Shown here piece after piece: positions 39,201 to 54,200 of a stretch of DNA of 64,000 nucleotides. Source of the stretch: Zootoca vivipara (lineage: Eukaryota); assembly GCF_963506605.1 (NCBI RefSeq), contig NC_083280.1, positions 9,114,001 through 9,178,000 of the forward strand. Direction: 5' to 3'. The position numbers and the translations under genes are program-made. A model generated the notes under the pieces. That model was not told where the DNA came from and ran no database searches. It saw only the letters and a program-made list of their open reading frames with translations. Numbering within the stretch: position 1 is the stretch's first letter; each line of letters starts with the position of its first letter.

Positions 39201-42200
39201 TATAACATGAACAGAGTTGAGAAAAAGACCTTAATCCTATTGTTCTACAAACCTATGAATACAGAAACAACCCCTTCAGTGCTAAGTTTCAAGAAGTTCA
39301 GTGAATAGAATAGAAACAATATTTTTCTGATTGTTTGGAATGGACAGTATTTAAGTTTTTCATGTGTAGGCTGGGCTGACAGTCTAAATTTTTTAAAATA
39401 TATATATATTGTTTTTGTTTAGCCAAATTAGTTAACAAGCATGGATGTTTGTTTAAGCAAATAACATATGCTGTAAAGTTATTGTTTCAGTTGAATAAAT
39501 CTATTTAAATCATTATTATTAAGGTAATGATTATTTTTCTCCTTCCTAAGTACAACAGTAAAGTTGTCCAAATATGAATGATTAACCTATTAAACTGGGG
39601 ATAAAAAACTAATATGAAAAGTTGTTATTCTAAAAATCTTCATCTACTTGCATATTAAAGTTATACCAGCAAGATTTAGTCTTTATGTAGAAAACTACCA
39701 GTATGATTTAAATCAAGCCTTACTGACTAGTGATTTAAATCGTGATTTAAATCGTGATTTAAATCAGTTTGATTTAAATCAAATCCACCCTGCTTACAAG
39801 TAATATGAAATTAAATAGGTTCTTCTTTTATTTCCTCCATGGTGCAAATAGTCTTTAGATTGTAAGCATGGAGAGGCAGGGCGTGTCAAATCTCTATTTT
39901 TGAACAGTGCAGTTTTAGGTACAATAATATTCAAAATGTATATTTAAAAAGGCAGGTTGCATCTCTATTATTTTTAGGTGTGCTGAATCTCCTGCACACC
40001 TAATAGGTCCTGAATCTCCTGCTTCTTGCAGCGATTACAACAAAGCCAAGCTGGCTTTGAAACACTCCAGCTTTACTAGCACATCTTCCAGATTCTCCAG
40101 ACATGAAAATCACCAGACACTCCAGAGGTTAGGTTATGTCCTAGACCTCAAACTACCTCCCCGCCCCTAGAGCTGCACAAGAGTCACTTTTTTGGGGGGT
40201 GGGATGGAGGAGAAGTGAGAGAACTTCCTCATGCGGTAATAAAGCCTCAAGATGCCTCATTGTACCAGGAAGCCGCTGGGAGACAGCTTAATGTTCAATG
40301 ACCCATTTTATCTCTTCAGAACTATTACAGGATATGGTTATGCAAGTCACAAATTCCCTCGTTTGCACTTCACACAACTTGTTCCCTTTTATCACTGCCA
40401 GACTACATCTGGTTGCAAGCGGCTGTCGTATTGGAGTAACGTGGATGTCTTGGTAGCTCGGGGGGGGGGGGTCACTTCTGCCACTTTTAAAGCCCCCTGC
40501 CATTCACTGCAGCAGCCCCCCCCCAGCCACCTCACCCAACACACCATTGCCTACAATCTGCTAACTCCATCCTAGCAAAGCCATGAACCCACAGCGATTT
40601 TGAACGTAAAATACTACCCAACTCTAATTTCCCCATTCCACCTCCACCACAGATTCCCCCCCCCCATTTCACGATTTCATTTATTTCGCCAGAATTACAG
40701 TATATACCGCCTGATTGCAAACGGAGGCAACTAGTTTGGCTGCGGCTGAATCCCTGGGAACCCCTGCCCATTCTTACACAGAAGCAAGAGGCATCATTGC
40801 AGCACAGGTAGCGCTTGTGACGGACAAGCCAACACCTCCCCCCCCCCAAAAAAAAACCACCACTGCATAGCATCCTTGTTGCTTCCCATTGGTTACCAGC
40901 CCTGATGGTTATGTTCTGCCTCCCCTGTCAGAGGCAGCAATGTTTCTGAATAGCAGTTGCTGGAAAAGGCAGGAGAGTGTTTTGTGCTCAGGTGCTGCTC
41001 AGGAGCCCTAAAGGCATCTGGCTGGCCACTATGAGACCAGGATGCTGGACCAGACAGGTCACTGTCTGATCCAGCAGGCTCTTCTTATGTTCACTGTGCC
41101 TTCCAGATGTCCCTGGACTCCCTTTCCCATAATTCCTGGGCATCGGCCACACCAGGTGGAGTTGATGAGAGTTGTGGTCCCAAAGAATCTGGAGGGCTAC
41201 AGGCTCCCCATCCCTGCATTCTTAGTTTGGTGGTACATGTCACATGTTGAGGGTTTTCATAGCAAGCACTCTCTGGGCTTCCTGGGGAAAGGTGGAGATT
41301 TCTGACTTCCGGTGGGCATTGTGTGTTCCATCTTACTCTACAAAGCCATCTTTCTAAAAACCACACAGGTGGTCCTTACCTTTGTAACAGCAGTCTGCCA
41401 ATCCTGAAGGAAATCGGGGTGGTTCTTCTCTCTAGCTTCTGTCAGCAGGTATTTGCGTATGTTCTTTAAAGAAGAGGAGGGGGAGACATGAATAAGGGCC
41501 ATTTGAATACTGCTATGAAAACTTCTTAACTGAGTGTTTCCCTGCAGAGGATACCTGTGGGTATAGTGAAGGGAGTTTTCTGCTTGGACTGGAGGAGACT
41601 GGGATTAATTCTGCAACTGCTCATCGTGTGAAGCTGGGACACCCCAAGCTCACAAGAACACCGAGCAGAATGCAAAAGGTAAAAATGAAATAAACATCAT
41701 AAACAGGGCCTTGAGATCTTTACAGAAGGAAGCAGGGTAGAAGCAGGATTGTTAAAGGGCATAAACTATTTGGAAGCTATTTAGGATTAATTTAGATACA
41801 CTGGGCAGGAACTGTCGCTTTCACAAATGTGGCGTATGCATGAAATGTACCGCTGGAGAAGCAGTCTTAAAATTATATAAACTCCTAGGGTTTGTGGCTA
41901 CAGCAGAGTTGCAAGAACAAAAGGGTTTGGGCTGAGCCAAGACAAGCTTCAAGACAAGGAAACGCTAACAAACAATATAGCACCTGGCCTGGGATCCTTG
42001 AGACTGGTATGTCTTATCACTTGCCTGAAGATCAGAGTCTAATTCGCACAACTTCTGAACTACATCTGGGCCAGTTTCCACACTGACAGTGCTCTCTCTT
42101 TTGGGCCAAAGAGTCCTGAAATGTGTAGATTAGAAGCTTCAAAGGATTACCGAAAAATCAGAGCCCTGTGAAAAGGGGGGGGGGGGCTAAGTGCTTTTTC

Positions 42201-45200
42201 TAAGGCTGACACTGTTTAGTAGAACAGCTATAACAACAAGTTGCTCTTACCTCAACACAGAACTTAAAGTGAATGCCTTGAGAGTCGTAAAACGAAATAA
42301 TTCGGTTAGGGAGATTCACAGTAATTAGGGACCAGTGGACTTCCAGATGAATAGGAATTAACAAGAGCGTCTTTTTGAAGAGGTCCACCTAGTGAAGGGG
42401 AAGGGAGCAGCCATCACCACAAAGTGCAAAGTCACGTGCAATTCAGTTATAATCTGACAAAGCTCAAAACAGAATGATCCCAAACCATCATAGGAAGAGA
42501 ACAGCCTGAAAAAGTTTCACCCTATGTGTATTTAAGTCACTGAAATGCAAGTGGGTAGAGCAGCCTATTTTTCATAAGACACATTCTTCCTTTCCCTATA
42601 CTATGAAATAAAAAAAAACAGGGAGCCAGTGAAGCAGCAACAACTACAACGATTTCTCTTGCATATGACACGCCAAATTAAAACGTTCTGTTGTCAGGTG
42701 TAAAAGCATGTAAGTTGCGTTACTCTTGAGTTACAGTCATTGGCTCTACTCATTGTAGGCTTGGAAGGCCATTGTCTTGTCAGACTTGGAGCAGTGAGAC
42801 CCAGGTTCAAACGGCCATTCTCTGTGCCGTCTTCAGTCAGTCACCATATCTAACTTTATAGGGTCATAAACTGCGACAAAACAACCATCCCTTAGCTCCT
42901 TACAGGAAAGAGAGCATACAAAATGTGATAAAAATCAGATATTGGTGGCACATTCTGGTTTCTGACAAAGCCAAATTAAAAAGAACAAAACAAAACAAAA
43001 CAAAACCCACTAGCCTTGGAGGCAGCAATGGTTAGCAGGCAAGCACTACACAGATGTTGAACTAGGCAAAACTTTCCAAGTGGAAGCAAGCCCTCTTGCC
43101 CCACCTGAAAGGGCTGAACCAAAGACAAAGGCAACAGCGCCTTTTGACTACAATTTCAGCAGCCATGGAAACATGTGGTCGTCGTCCCCCCAGCTGCTAT
43201 TGGCCTCCCCTTCCCATCTGTCTTAGCCACCATGGCCCACTGTTAGGGGTGATGGGAGTTTCAATCCAACAGCATCTAGCCCCAAAGGTTCCCCCCATCC
43301 TTGGAGTTTAAGAGGTCCTTACCCCACAGACATGCCTGCATATCAGCCACATGCAGCCCAGGCAGCAGCCACACAGGAATACATGCATGAGAACACACCC
43401 AATTATTTCTGCAATGGGTCTTGCACCCAGTGTTCTAAGTTTGGCAGCGAATGCAAGCCCCATCGCTTTCAGCAGGCGTCTGACCCACTCAGCAGCTCTA
43501 ATAGGGGCATAAAGGCTTGTCCATGGGCTAAGGCCCTTCTGGTGATAGCGTAATCGCACAGAGCACCTCCAACAGGCAAGATCTTGTTCCCAAGTCTGCT
43601 CCAAGTATTTGTGGGACAAGCAGAGGTGAAATGTTCTTCCTCCCAACCCTCGAAAGCCAGCTCCATTCCTACCACTAGATGAGTCCTGATCTACGCACTA
43701 TAAAGGCTACAGGTCGAAGAAAGTTGCATTTTCAATGCTCCCCGCATAAAACACTCCCAACACAGTATAATAAAGCAGCACGTCAGCGAGAAAGGTTCTC
43801 ACTCAGCCTACTTTCTGCTCTGTTGGTTTTCTTCTTGCAAGGAGTATTGGAAAATATGACTCTCACCCCTCACCCCCCACCCCCTGCCTGCGATATTAAG
43901 TCCATTCTACTGCTTCGAATTTGCTCCTTTATGTAGATTAAGCCTTAGAGCTTATAGGCATTCACTTTGGGTTCCGTTTTCCTCCTCAGATGCAATTTAT
44001 TTGATGCCATTTGCTTATTTAAACAGATGCTTCAATTTATTTATTTTTAAGACGCGCAGCCTTTACTGCTTTACATCTCTTCATGCTGAATTATTCAAAA
44101 TCAATATTTTTTTGACAAGTGTGCTATGAGATGGCACTGGGTTTTAAGCATGAAATTAGCATTCCTAAGAGACAGCCTTCCGCACATGAACACACGCAGC
44201 AGCAGCAGCACAACGCAGCCAAAAGACAACGAAGGAGCTCTGCATTCTGCATCTAGCCTACGAGTGAAGATGTCGAAGGCATATAGAGAGGTGGAAACAG
44301 CCTTGGGCGAGTGATGAGGATGGCAGCTTAATGGATAGGACAAACATTTCTGCAAGGCAGGCTGCATGCATTTAATACTTGATGCCATAAGCAAAACGGA
44401 AGGGATGGAAAGGACCCAACTGTCTAAGTTACAGTTTTATACAACAACAAAAAAGCACACTTCTATGGAAAGGGATGCCCGTCTCATTGTACCTGGTGTG
44501 CACACACCAGCAAGAATGCCCAATTCTGTAAGGCAAAGAATTAGGTACACTCCTAGTGTTCTCAGCTATTGCAAGGAGGTTTCTAGCTCTTGTGCCTGCA
44601 GAGAGAAGCTTGAAACAAGGAATTTCTCAGGGCAGCCACCCTTGCTCATGTGGTAGGAGCAGCAGAATGGCCCCCACCAAGCAAATAACATCTCATGAAG
44701 TAGTCGCCCAATACCCAAGATGCCAACTAGTGAATGGCCAGAGGCAAGTTGCCACATTGCCGCTTTCACTTAAGAGAAACTGCTTCAGTTCAAAGCAATG
44801 GAGGGGCTTTCCCCAGCAACCAATTAAGACACCTGTCCCAACAAAAAGGTGTGGGAAGTGGAAAAACCAGGTACAAACTACTAAGGTTTCGCGACTATAA
44901 AATACTGGGCTTGGGTGTAGGAAGTCTCTGTTCTAAACCTGGGTGAACCATTTCTCTCTTTGCTCGACCCACCTGAGGATTACACTAAAATGTAAGGCGG
45001 GAGTAATGTTTAACATTTGCGGAGAGCGCTTGCAGCTGTTTGCACACATTATCTTGGTGAAGTCCTTAAAATCACCCTGCAAGGCAGGGCAGGTCAGTAT
45101 CATTGCCATATCAGAGGTGGGGCACACAAGCTGAAAGAGGCGGCTTGAGGCGAGATTTGAACTGGGGGCTTCCTGGTGCATACCGTAGTTTAACCTATAC

Positions 45201-48200
45201 AAGCTCCTTGTAGTCATGGTGAGAATTAGCATTTGTTTTGAGGAGGAAGTGAGAGCAATCTTATCACAAGCGTCAAAAATCAGATACTCTTATTCTGGGG
45301 CAAAAGATGGAAAGCGAATGCACCCCAAGTTTAATTAAAATTCAGTCAGGTGAAACAGATGTTTGCTGCAGACTTCGAAATGCTGCACAAGGCATGAACA
45401 AAACAAAAGCAGAGATCTAGTATGCAAGCTAAGTAACAAAATCCAATTTAGCTTCCCATTCCAAGAAGCAGAACAGCACATTTCAATTTATGAGGCCCCG
45501 TTTTAAATGAATCCTTACAAAAGAGGATTGACTTTCTATCTCAAAAAAGAAAGACAAGAAAGAAAGAAAAGGAGCAGGGATGGAAGAGATCACACGCAAT
45601 AGCTACTGAGGAGATCACATTTTTGCCAAAGCAGAAGTACAACAAGTAGCTGAACCTCAAAGGGAGTTTAGGAACAAAATTGTGACAGCATTAGAGGGTG
45701 CAAAGGTTTCAAAAACAAGACAATTTCAAGTCAACAAAAAGAAATAATTCATGTGCTTCTTACAAAGTGACCACTTGACCCATGTTATCAACTACTGTAA
45801 AAACAATTTCATTTGCACCTGCTGCAGTCTTATATACAGTTTTGAACACTTTCGTTTTTTACCTACAGAGGGCATGCTTTTCAAATACAGTGGTGCCTCG
45901 CTTAACGAATGCCCTGTAAGATGAATTTTTCGCTAGACGAAAGGATTTTGCGATCGGAGGTTGCCTCGCAAGACGAGTTTTTCTATGGCCGCCGCTTCGT
46001 CTTGCGAAGTGTGGCCATAGAAAAACAAACCTCCGACTGCAAAGTCCAGCGTGCAGCGAAAAATTGCCAGGGCTTTTTGCCGCCTGCCTTCCCCTTGGCT
46101 TGGGGAAGGCAGGCGGCAAAACACCCCCACATCGCCGCACTTCTGTCGGGCAGGGGGAGGGAGGAAATCCCGGATCTGTCAGGCGTTTTCGCTGGCTGCC
46201 TTCCCCAAGTCAAGGGGAAGGCAGTCGGCGAAACACCCCCGCACCGGCGCGCTTTCGCCCCATCACCCAGAGCCAAAGCGCGCCGGTGCGGGGACGTTTT
46301 CGCTGGCTGCGTTCCCCAATTCAAGGGGAGCTTTGGCTCTGGGTGATGGGGCGAAAGCGTGCTGGTGCGGGGATGTTTTCGCTGGCTGCCGAAAGCCCCA
46401 CTTTCCCCTCAGCCCGTCCGACACAGCGCAGATCGGAGGAGGCTTCTCCTCCGATCCCGCTGTGTCGGACGGGGTGGGGGGAAAGCTGGCGGCAGGGGGA
46501 GAGGAAGGAAGGAAGAGAAAGGGCTGCTTTCTCTTCCTTCGTTCCCCCCCCCAAAGAGCCCGCATCTGACGGGGGTTCGGAAGCCCTGTCAAATGCCGGC
46601 TCTGTCGGGCGAGGCGGTGGCACACACCTCTCTTGGCTCGGGGAAGGCAGGCAGGCAAGAGAACAAGTGCCTGCCTGCCTTCCCCGAGCCAAAAGAGCAA
46701 GTACCGCTGCCGGCACCAGGCCCCCGGAGCCCATAGGAACGCATTAATTGACTTTTAATGCGTTCCTATGGGAAACGGTGCCTCGAAAGACGAAATTTTC
46801 ATAGGACGAATTGAGTCCTGGAACGAATTAATTTCGTCTAGCGAGGCACCACTGTATCCCTATAGAGCTTCTTTCTTATCAGCAAGAAGCCATATCAGTT
46901 ATGAGGCTAAGGATAGGACTGTAGGAATCTGTGCTCTTATCTAAAGCTTTGCCTATTGCTTCCAGCACTGCTTCTTTCTGCTTCACTCTGCCTTGGCCGA
47001 CCCAGCCCTGCCCTCACAGAAACAAAGCGGCAAAACAAACAGGAAGTGCTCGTGATCAAAGGCTGGGATAGCTCAGCTGGTAGAGCATGAGGCTCTTAAT
47101 CTCAGGGCTGTCGGTTCGAGCCCCACACTGGGCGAAAGATTCCTGCATTGCAGGGGATTGGACTGGATGACCCTCGTGGTCCCTTCCAGCTCTACAATTC
47201 TATCATCAGCCAGATGGGCGGGGTACAAATAATAAATTATTATTATGAACAGGCTGAAGGAAGACCTGAGAGTCACTGGGCAGGTTAGAGCAACTCTGTC
47301 TTTGCAGAGTCAGTATACAGTGCCCATGGACCGTATCCAATGTTCTCTGTCGACTAGCACAAAGGCGAGTTTTAATGTTGAGCAGAGGATGCCAACGCAA
47401 CAACTACAATAGCAGAAACTCGTTGCAGAGGACTGTGCAACAAAATTACCAGCAACATGCTGGTGCGTTCCTCTTGCGCAACAACATCCCGCTGGAATAA
47501 AATCTTTCGCGAGCGGAACAAGTTTACCGCTAAGCGACTTTGATTTGGGGCAAACATTGGATACGACCCTATGTTTCGAAGGTGGGCAAGACATTCCAGA
47601 AGTGGGCCCCACCAACAAAAAAATGTTGGGAGTGCAGAATGCTCTCGTTCATTGTGTCAACCAGCTGCACTCCTTTTTCATGCCTCCACCTCCGTTTCCT
47701 CCCCCTGCAACAGTTTTGGAGTCTCTCCCCCACTTAAAGTCCTAAAGGCCAAGTACTTCTGCAAGCCTTAAGTTTACCAAAGCCTGACAGTACTTCATTT
47801 TGCACACAGATGGTGCCATTCTGGCTACATAAGGATAGCGAACTCCGATCTCCAAGTGACCAAGTACATAGGATATTTGGGAAATGATCAACATACTTCT
47901 TCATTCACACAGAAAGGTCTCAACATATCTGGTAGAGGCATTGATTAGCTTTATAGTTTAACGGCTGGGCTAGCTTTCCTAATATTAATCTGAATGTACA
48001 GTAAGTTATTCCTCAAGAAACACAGTATTTGTACATAAAATAAAAAGCTTATTGATTGATCGATCAATCGAAGGAACCTGCTTTTATTCACTGTGAAGTA
48101 TTTCCGAGATTTAAGGATGTGCCTTAAATAAACATTTAATAAACATCTCAAGTCTACTTTAAGCCTCTCTGCAAACAAAGCCCATTTCAGTGTTCAGTTG

Positions 48201-51200
48201 TGATTTAAGCAAACACCTAGAATGCTCTGGAGTACTTCAGCCCAAACACTTTGCTACATGGCTCCATATATAATTCATAGTGCTGAGTTGCTGAGCTTCC
48301 TGTAGGTTGAGGAAGAAAAGCCAAGGCTGTATACTCTAAGGATGCAATCTTTTCCTATCNNNNNNNNNNNNNNNNNNNNNNNNNNNNNNNNNNNNNNNNN
48401 NNNNNNNNNNNNNNNNNNNNNNNNNNNNNNNNNNNNNNNNNNNNNNNNNNNNNNNNNNNNNNNNNNNNNNNNNNNNNNNNNNNNNNNNNNNNNNNNNNNC
48501 TCAGTTGAATATACCCAGAGGTTTTTCCATCCCCCGTATTAGAGAGGAGGACTCTATCTGGCAAAGACTCCCTGGGCAGGTTTATTCTGCACTATCAAGT
48601 TTACTATATGGGGCTTGGAAGGGTATTTCCACTAGGTCAGTGATACCGGAGAGTAATTCCCCAGTTATGCGCGTTGCTGCTTAAGATTCCCAAACCACTT
48701 GCAACCAGCACTTCTAGCACAAAGATGCTTTCCTTGCTTCTGCTTTTGGTTTGTGGCTATGCATATTCTGCAGCCAAGCCTGGGACCGTCTTTCATGCAA
48801 AACCTGTGTTTTATCAGGAAGCTATGGCCTCTCAGATCTATCTTAAGCAGCCAAAGACACTCACTTACTTACTTATTTAAGACATTTACATGCCATTTAC
48901 CGTAATCTTAAACCCTCCTAAATTATGTATATATTTTTTAAAAAAAAAACCCAAATAAAGTTGAATTTAAAAATAAAACAATAAAAACTCATCATAAAAC
49001 CAAACACTACTTTAAAATGCCTGCTGGAACAAGGAAGTCTCAGTCATGCGCCTGAAGTTCTGCAAGGAGGGCGCCTGTCTAATCTCAGCTGGGAAGGAGC
49101 TCCACGGGTTCACATCCACTACAATGAATGCAATGTGTCTAATAATTATGAGCCATGCATTTGAGTAATTGAGGACGAGCTGACTGGAACGAAATTTAAG
49201 GAATCAGATGGTCTTTATGATACCCCGGACCCAAATTAAGGACTTGGAAATTAATACAAGAACCTTGAACCCAGCCCGATAATTTAGCAATACACCTGCC
49301 CTGTTCCTTTAATAAACAGGGCGTTCATTTCAAATTCATTCTTCGAAATAGTTCAGTATTTCTCAGCTGTTAAGGGCTTTCAGAGCATACAGAAGCCTAC
49401 CTTTTTAGTCCATCGTTTTACTCCGTTATATCCTTTGGTTACCAGCTGTCTATGAAAAAAGCTGTTGAAGAAATGAACCTACAAAAGGCAGAAGAGGTCG
49501 ATGACTGATCACATTCAAAGCCTCCAGTTCTAGCACAATGAACTCCAGCTGAATGCAAACCAAGATCTGCTGCACCCCAACTAAGGAAGGTTTATTTTAT
49601 TAAGAGCATTTTTATACCACAGTAAAAACCTCTTAACTAGTGAAGGAGGGGAGCTTCAGCTCATAAACCATGCTGTGTAATTCTGAAGGTCCGATTTTAT
49701 TGTTTTAACTGTTTTGTTATGCTTGTTTTATTGCATATTTTAATTAAGAATGTTTTAATGCTCCAGTGGATTTGTTATTGTGTCTCTTGGTTATGTGTTG
49801 ATTTACAGTTGTAAAACGCTTACATGAAATTTTAGCATGTAAGCAATATATAAATTAAATAATAATTGACGAATGTCTACACACAGCCAGTGAGTGCTCT
49901 AGAGCGGAGTTCATATGTAAATAAACAGCCAGCAGATTAAAGGATTGGCTACTCCCTCCCCCTGCACAAAGTTAGGAATAACTGCCCCCATAATTGCCCC
50001 TCTCCATTTCCCCTTAGGACTAATACTTTTAAGCCGCCTTTTTTTCCTATCCAATTGAGCTACTGTTGCATTATACAGAACCAAGTAAAAGAAGCTCACC
50101 TTGTCAGGGACTGCGTCCATTATTAGCTCGCCATACATGTTGATAATCTGAAAGAGTTTAGAGAAGAAGAAAGCTTAAACTTTATTAGGGAGGAAAACCA
50201 AAACGTATTTTGTGAACCTCTCCTCTGCAATGCTCAATGTATCTGGTCATTCTCTGAATGCATTGCTAAAAGCCAGGATACATATAACGCACATTAAAAA
50301 TAGATTCTGCACAATCCAACAACAAAGAAAGCTGAATTCTGCAACCTGAACGATTTAGAATGAATTTATTTACTTTGTTTTTGCTAGTAGCAATGAGTTA
50401 CGCTGGAGACTGAAAGTCTTATTCTCTGGAGGTTTATTATGCCACCTTTTTGGCTTCTGAGATTGCCGCAGCTACTGCTCACACACATACAAGATTGCAA
50501 CTGTGAGGACTGGAATCCCACCCACCCAGTGTGTCAGATTTAAAACAAAGACTGCCCCGCATGGCAGCTCACTCCATCCTGCAAGAGGTGTGGTTTCTGC
50601 TCTTTAAAAAAAGATGCACATGTTCGTTTTGTACCAGTGTACTCCCAACATTTTTCCACCAAAAAAATAAGGGAAACATGGCTCTGTTCTCTATGGCAGA
50701 GGATGTCCTTTTTCCTCCAATTGCATTCACATGGACAATGTATTCAGGAATAAGTTTACAGTGCTGCTATGTCCTTCATTTATTTTATCTAAAGCATTTT
50801 TACTTTGCTTTTCAACCAAAAGGGCTCCCAGAGTGGCTTACATATGATTAGTTCAAACTTACTTACAGGCTCACAATCTAAATTGCACAACACAAAAGCA
50901 GCCTGGGGGGGAGGAGGGAAGACCAACAAATAAAAGCAAACCCACACACCAATTCTTAAAGTAAGGAATGACCAGATATAATATGCACAGCTTTACCTCT
51001 ATGAAGCTCAGAGAGCCAGACTTGAGCAAACTGTGAGCTAACTAAGTCAGGTAGCTCACCTGAAGATTAACCTATTTGTATGTATCCAAGGAGATTAAGG
51101 GGCAATTTTTGACCTGCAGTTACACCCTGGCATTGAGGGAAATGACTCTGTGAGTGTATTGTAGCAGATTTGACACATGCAGAGTTAGAAACTCAAATAT

Positions 51201-54200
51201 ATAAGCTAGGCCTCCTTAAACCAGGATTACAGTTGCAAAAAAAGAATGCCCGGTTGCCATTTTTGGGCCAGACAGCTCAAAAGTCGTATTTTTCAATACA
51301 AGTTTTTGGTTTCTGAAAGTCATTCTGATTATGCAGATGAAATATAATGGATAAAATTTTACAGGATGTGTTGCTAGTGTGTGAAAACAGTCAAGATCCA
51401 AGGATCCCCAGGCATGCACCTCCAGATGGTGGAGACGTCAGGCAGCATCCTGGCACCTTCACTTGGTCACAAGTGGCCAATAGCCAGGTGCAAAGTGCGT
51501 CTGGCACATTTCAAAGGCTAGACACATTACTTACTGGCTTGATATGCAGCAGATGGGCAGAGTCCTTTGTGGAGCAGAAATTCTCTTCTCAATCCAGAAA
51601 GAGGCTACTATTTTACATTGTATACAGATTTCCACAAATATGCAAAAGCATTTGGTATAACAGGAATCTAGACCTGACCACACAATATAGGATCTAAGGG
51701 TGTAAATATTTTCCCCCCTAGACCGGCAGACAGAGCCAGTTCCATGCTCACATATTGTCTTAAAGAATTTTCAAATCTCATTTTTAGGCAGCGATGCGAA
51801 TCACCATTGAATGTAGCAGAAGGAAGGAATGTATGAGAAGGAAGCTGTCATGGTTATTTGCTTTACAATTTTGTCTTATTCAACTGTTGCAGTCAACCAT
51901 CTTTGCAAGCTTCATTTTCTCATTCCGCTAAGAAAGAATGCAAATTTTGAAGGATGCACTAATCCTAGCCTGGATTACATGTTTCAAACCTAGCATTCCA
52001 ATTCTAATTAGACAGTCTAGTCCTGTACAAATTAAGCCACTTACTTACACCATAGCAATCTAACAAATTTGAACCCAGAACCAGATTAAGGGGGCAATTC
52101 TATAACAAGGTCTACTAGGATGAACTCCAACGAAGCTGAGTGGTTATCCTGTCTTAACTTCCTCATACTCAACTCAGAGAGCCATTGGCTTATCTCCCCC
52201 ACGGAAGGGCATTCCATAATATAGGAGCAACAAGTCATGAGGTCAACTAATGCACACATGACAGTGGCCAAGCCAACCCTGTTCAGGAAAGGGGTTATTG
52301 GTATACCAATGTAAGCTGTAAGCTCCTCACTGGAGAGATCACCTGAACCTCAGGTGACAAATATGGACCTAGGAACACCCCTGAATATATGCACACACAC
52401 AAACATGCACCAATCAATTATATTAGTTGTGACTTGAGTGGTTCCTTCCCTGCCAAATCACACACCCTTCCAGCAGTATGCCAACCGGGTAGGAGAGACT
52501 TTTGAATAAATGTGTTTAAATAAAAGTTTTTTGAAAAAAGAAAAAGATGACATTGGATAGGCGTTTTATCAGACGTTACTGAAAATCAGGGAATTCTCGC
52601 GTTGCAGAGGACTCTACTGGATAACCCTTGCCTTTTCGAAGCTCTAGAACTCATTTCCCACAATAAGGCCAAGATCCATGAAGACAGGATAGAAGACGGT
52701 TAATGTTTTGCAACCTGCACCAAAGAAAACCCAACATCCCTTCAACCTGGAAGCAAGGCAACAGTACCACGAAGGTGTGACCGAAAGCACCATTTTAAGC
52801 AGCAGAACCTGCAATTGCTCTCACCTGGTCGTTTAGCCAGTTCTGACCATCCAACGTTGTCAAATCATCCATATCCAGCATGTGCTTGTTATAGAAGACC
52901 CGGAAATTGCAAGTGGAAGATTTGGGATGCCTCGTCTGATACTTCATGATTTCCTTGGTGATGAATGGCTTTCTGGAACAGGCAGCCGAGAAAGAGATAA
53001 GACAATGCGAAGTTATCCCAGCACATTTGACATGCAGCTGTGCATAGCCATAGGGAGCCAGTGGAATCTGGAATGTGAATCAGCAGAGCTAAGAATTATG
53101 AGAGAGCTACTAACCTATAGGAGAAGTCTTCATTAAAGACTTCCTTTAATCTTCCCATAACATCCTTTTCACAGAGTGGAATTAGACTGCCGTATTTCTT
53201 CATTACATCATCTAGGAATCCTTATAAATAGAGAGAGGGGTTTTTTTGAAGAAGAAAAAGTATGCATAGGAGCAGCAGTTGCATAGGAATCAGATGACTT
53301 ATTTCTATGGTTGAGTTTCTATAACCCATTTTCAAGTCAGAATGGGAACAGTACAAAATTCACGTACAAGGTTGACAATGACACAATGACAAGTCCCAGA
53401 CTTGGACCCCTGTTCAAATGAGCCTGGACATACACTTTGTGCAGAGCCACAGTGTCTCTGTAGGACTGTGAGGGAGAGAATGCGCTCATGAAGGGCTTAA
53501 CACCCACCCTAGTCCCTCCTAGAGAGCAAGAAGCATAAAATGGTTTCTAGGGCTTCCCTAAAATAAACCTGATAAGCAGAATACTTGTGATCCTAAATCC
53601 AACCCAAAAGAGAAGCATGCTACAATCTCTGCCCAGATATGGGGCTTCCTGCAGTCTAAGTGAAACGAATTTGCCGGGGGGGGGGGGTCCACACTGCTGT
53701 AGTGCTTAATTACTTGCACCTTTCTAGGCAGATGAAAGAGTTTCCAATCAGCACATCATCAATTTACATGGCTTGGGAGAAGAGATACCTACCCCTAACA
53801 TCTGGATGAAATTGCGGTTCTGTTCACATACCGTTATGCTGAGGCAGACATGGACAAAAAATAAATGTGGAATACACAGCCCTTTAGATGACAGCAATCA
53901 GACTGCGTTTCTCGAAACTTAACATCTTAAATTTTGAAAGACCAGTTGGGGATAATTGCAGGGAGGGGAAAAAGCCTACAGAAGCGCAAAAATGAACCTT
54001 CCAGCGTCTGAATGCAGAACAGGTGTATACTGGCCCTGACTGCAGTCAACCCAAATCAATTAGATGTTCAGAGAAGAGAGTCATGGGAATGCAGACCAAA
54101 TCAGTTTCAAAATTGTGGGCACCCTCTACTTACACTGTGACAAGGAAAAATATTTTTAAACCCATTGTACACGCCAAGTAACCACCGACACCATGGAACA

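Noticed and set aside
45859-46747. Cluster of overlapping 90-230 aa ORFs
   Set aside because: All lie inside a GC-rich palindromic MITE; no transposase or other recognisable domain.
48360-48499. Missing SENP5 exon in the gap
   Set aside because: Exons 6 and 7 join in frame with continuous protease-domain sequence, so no coding sequence is missing.
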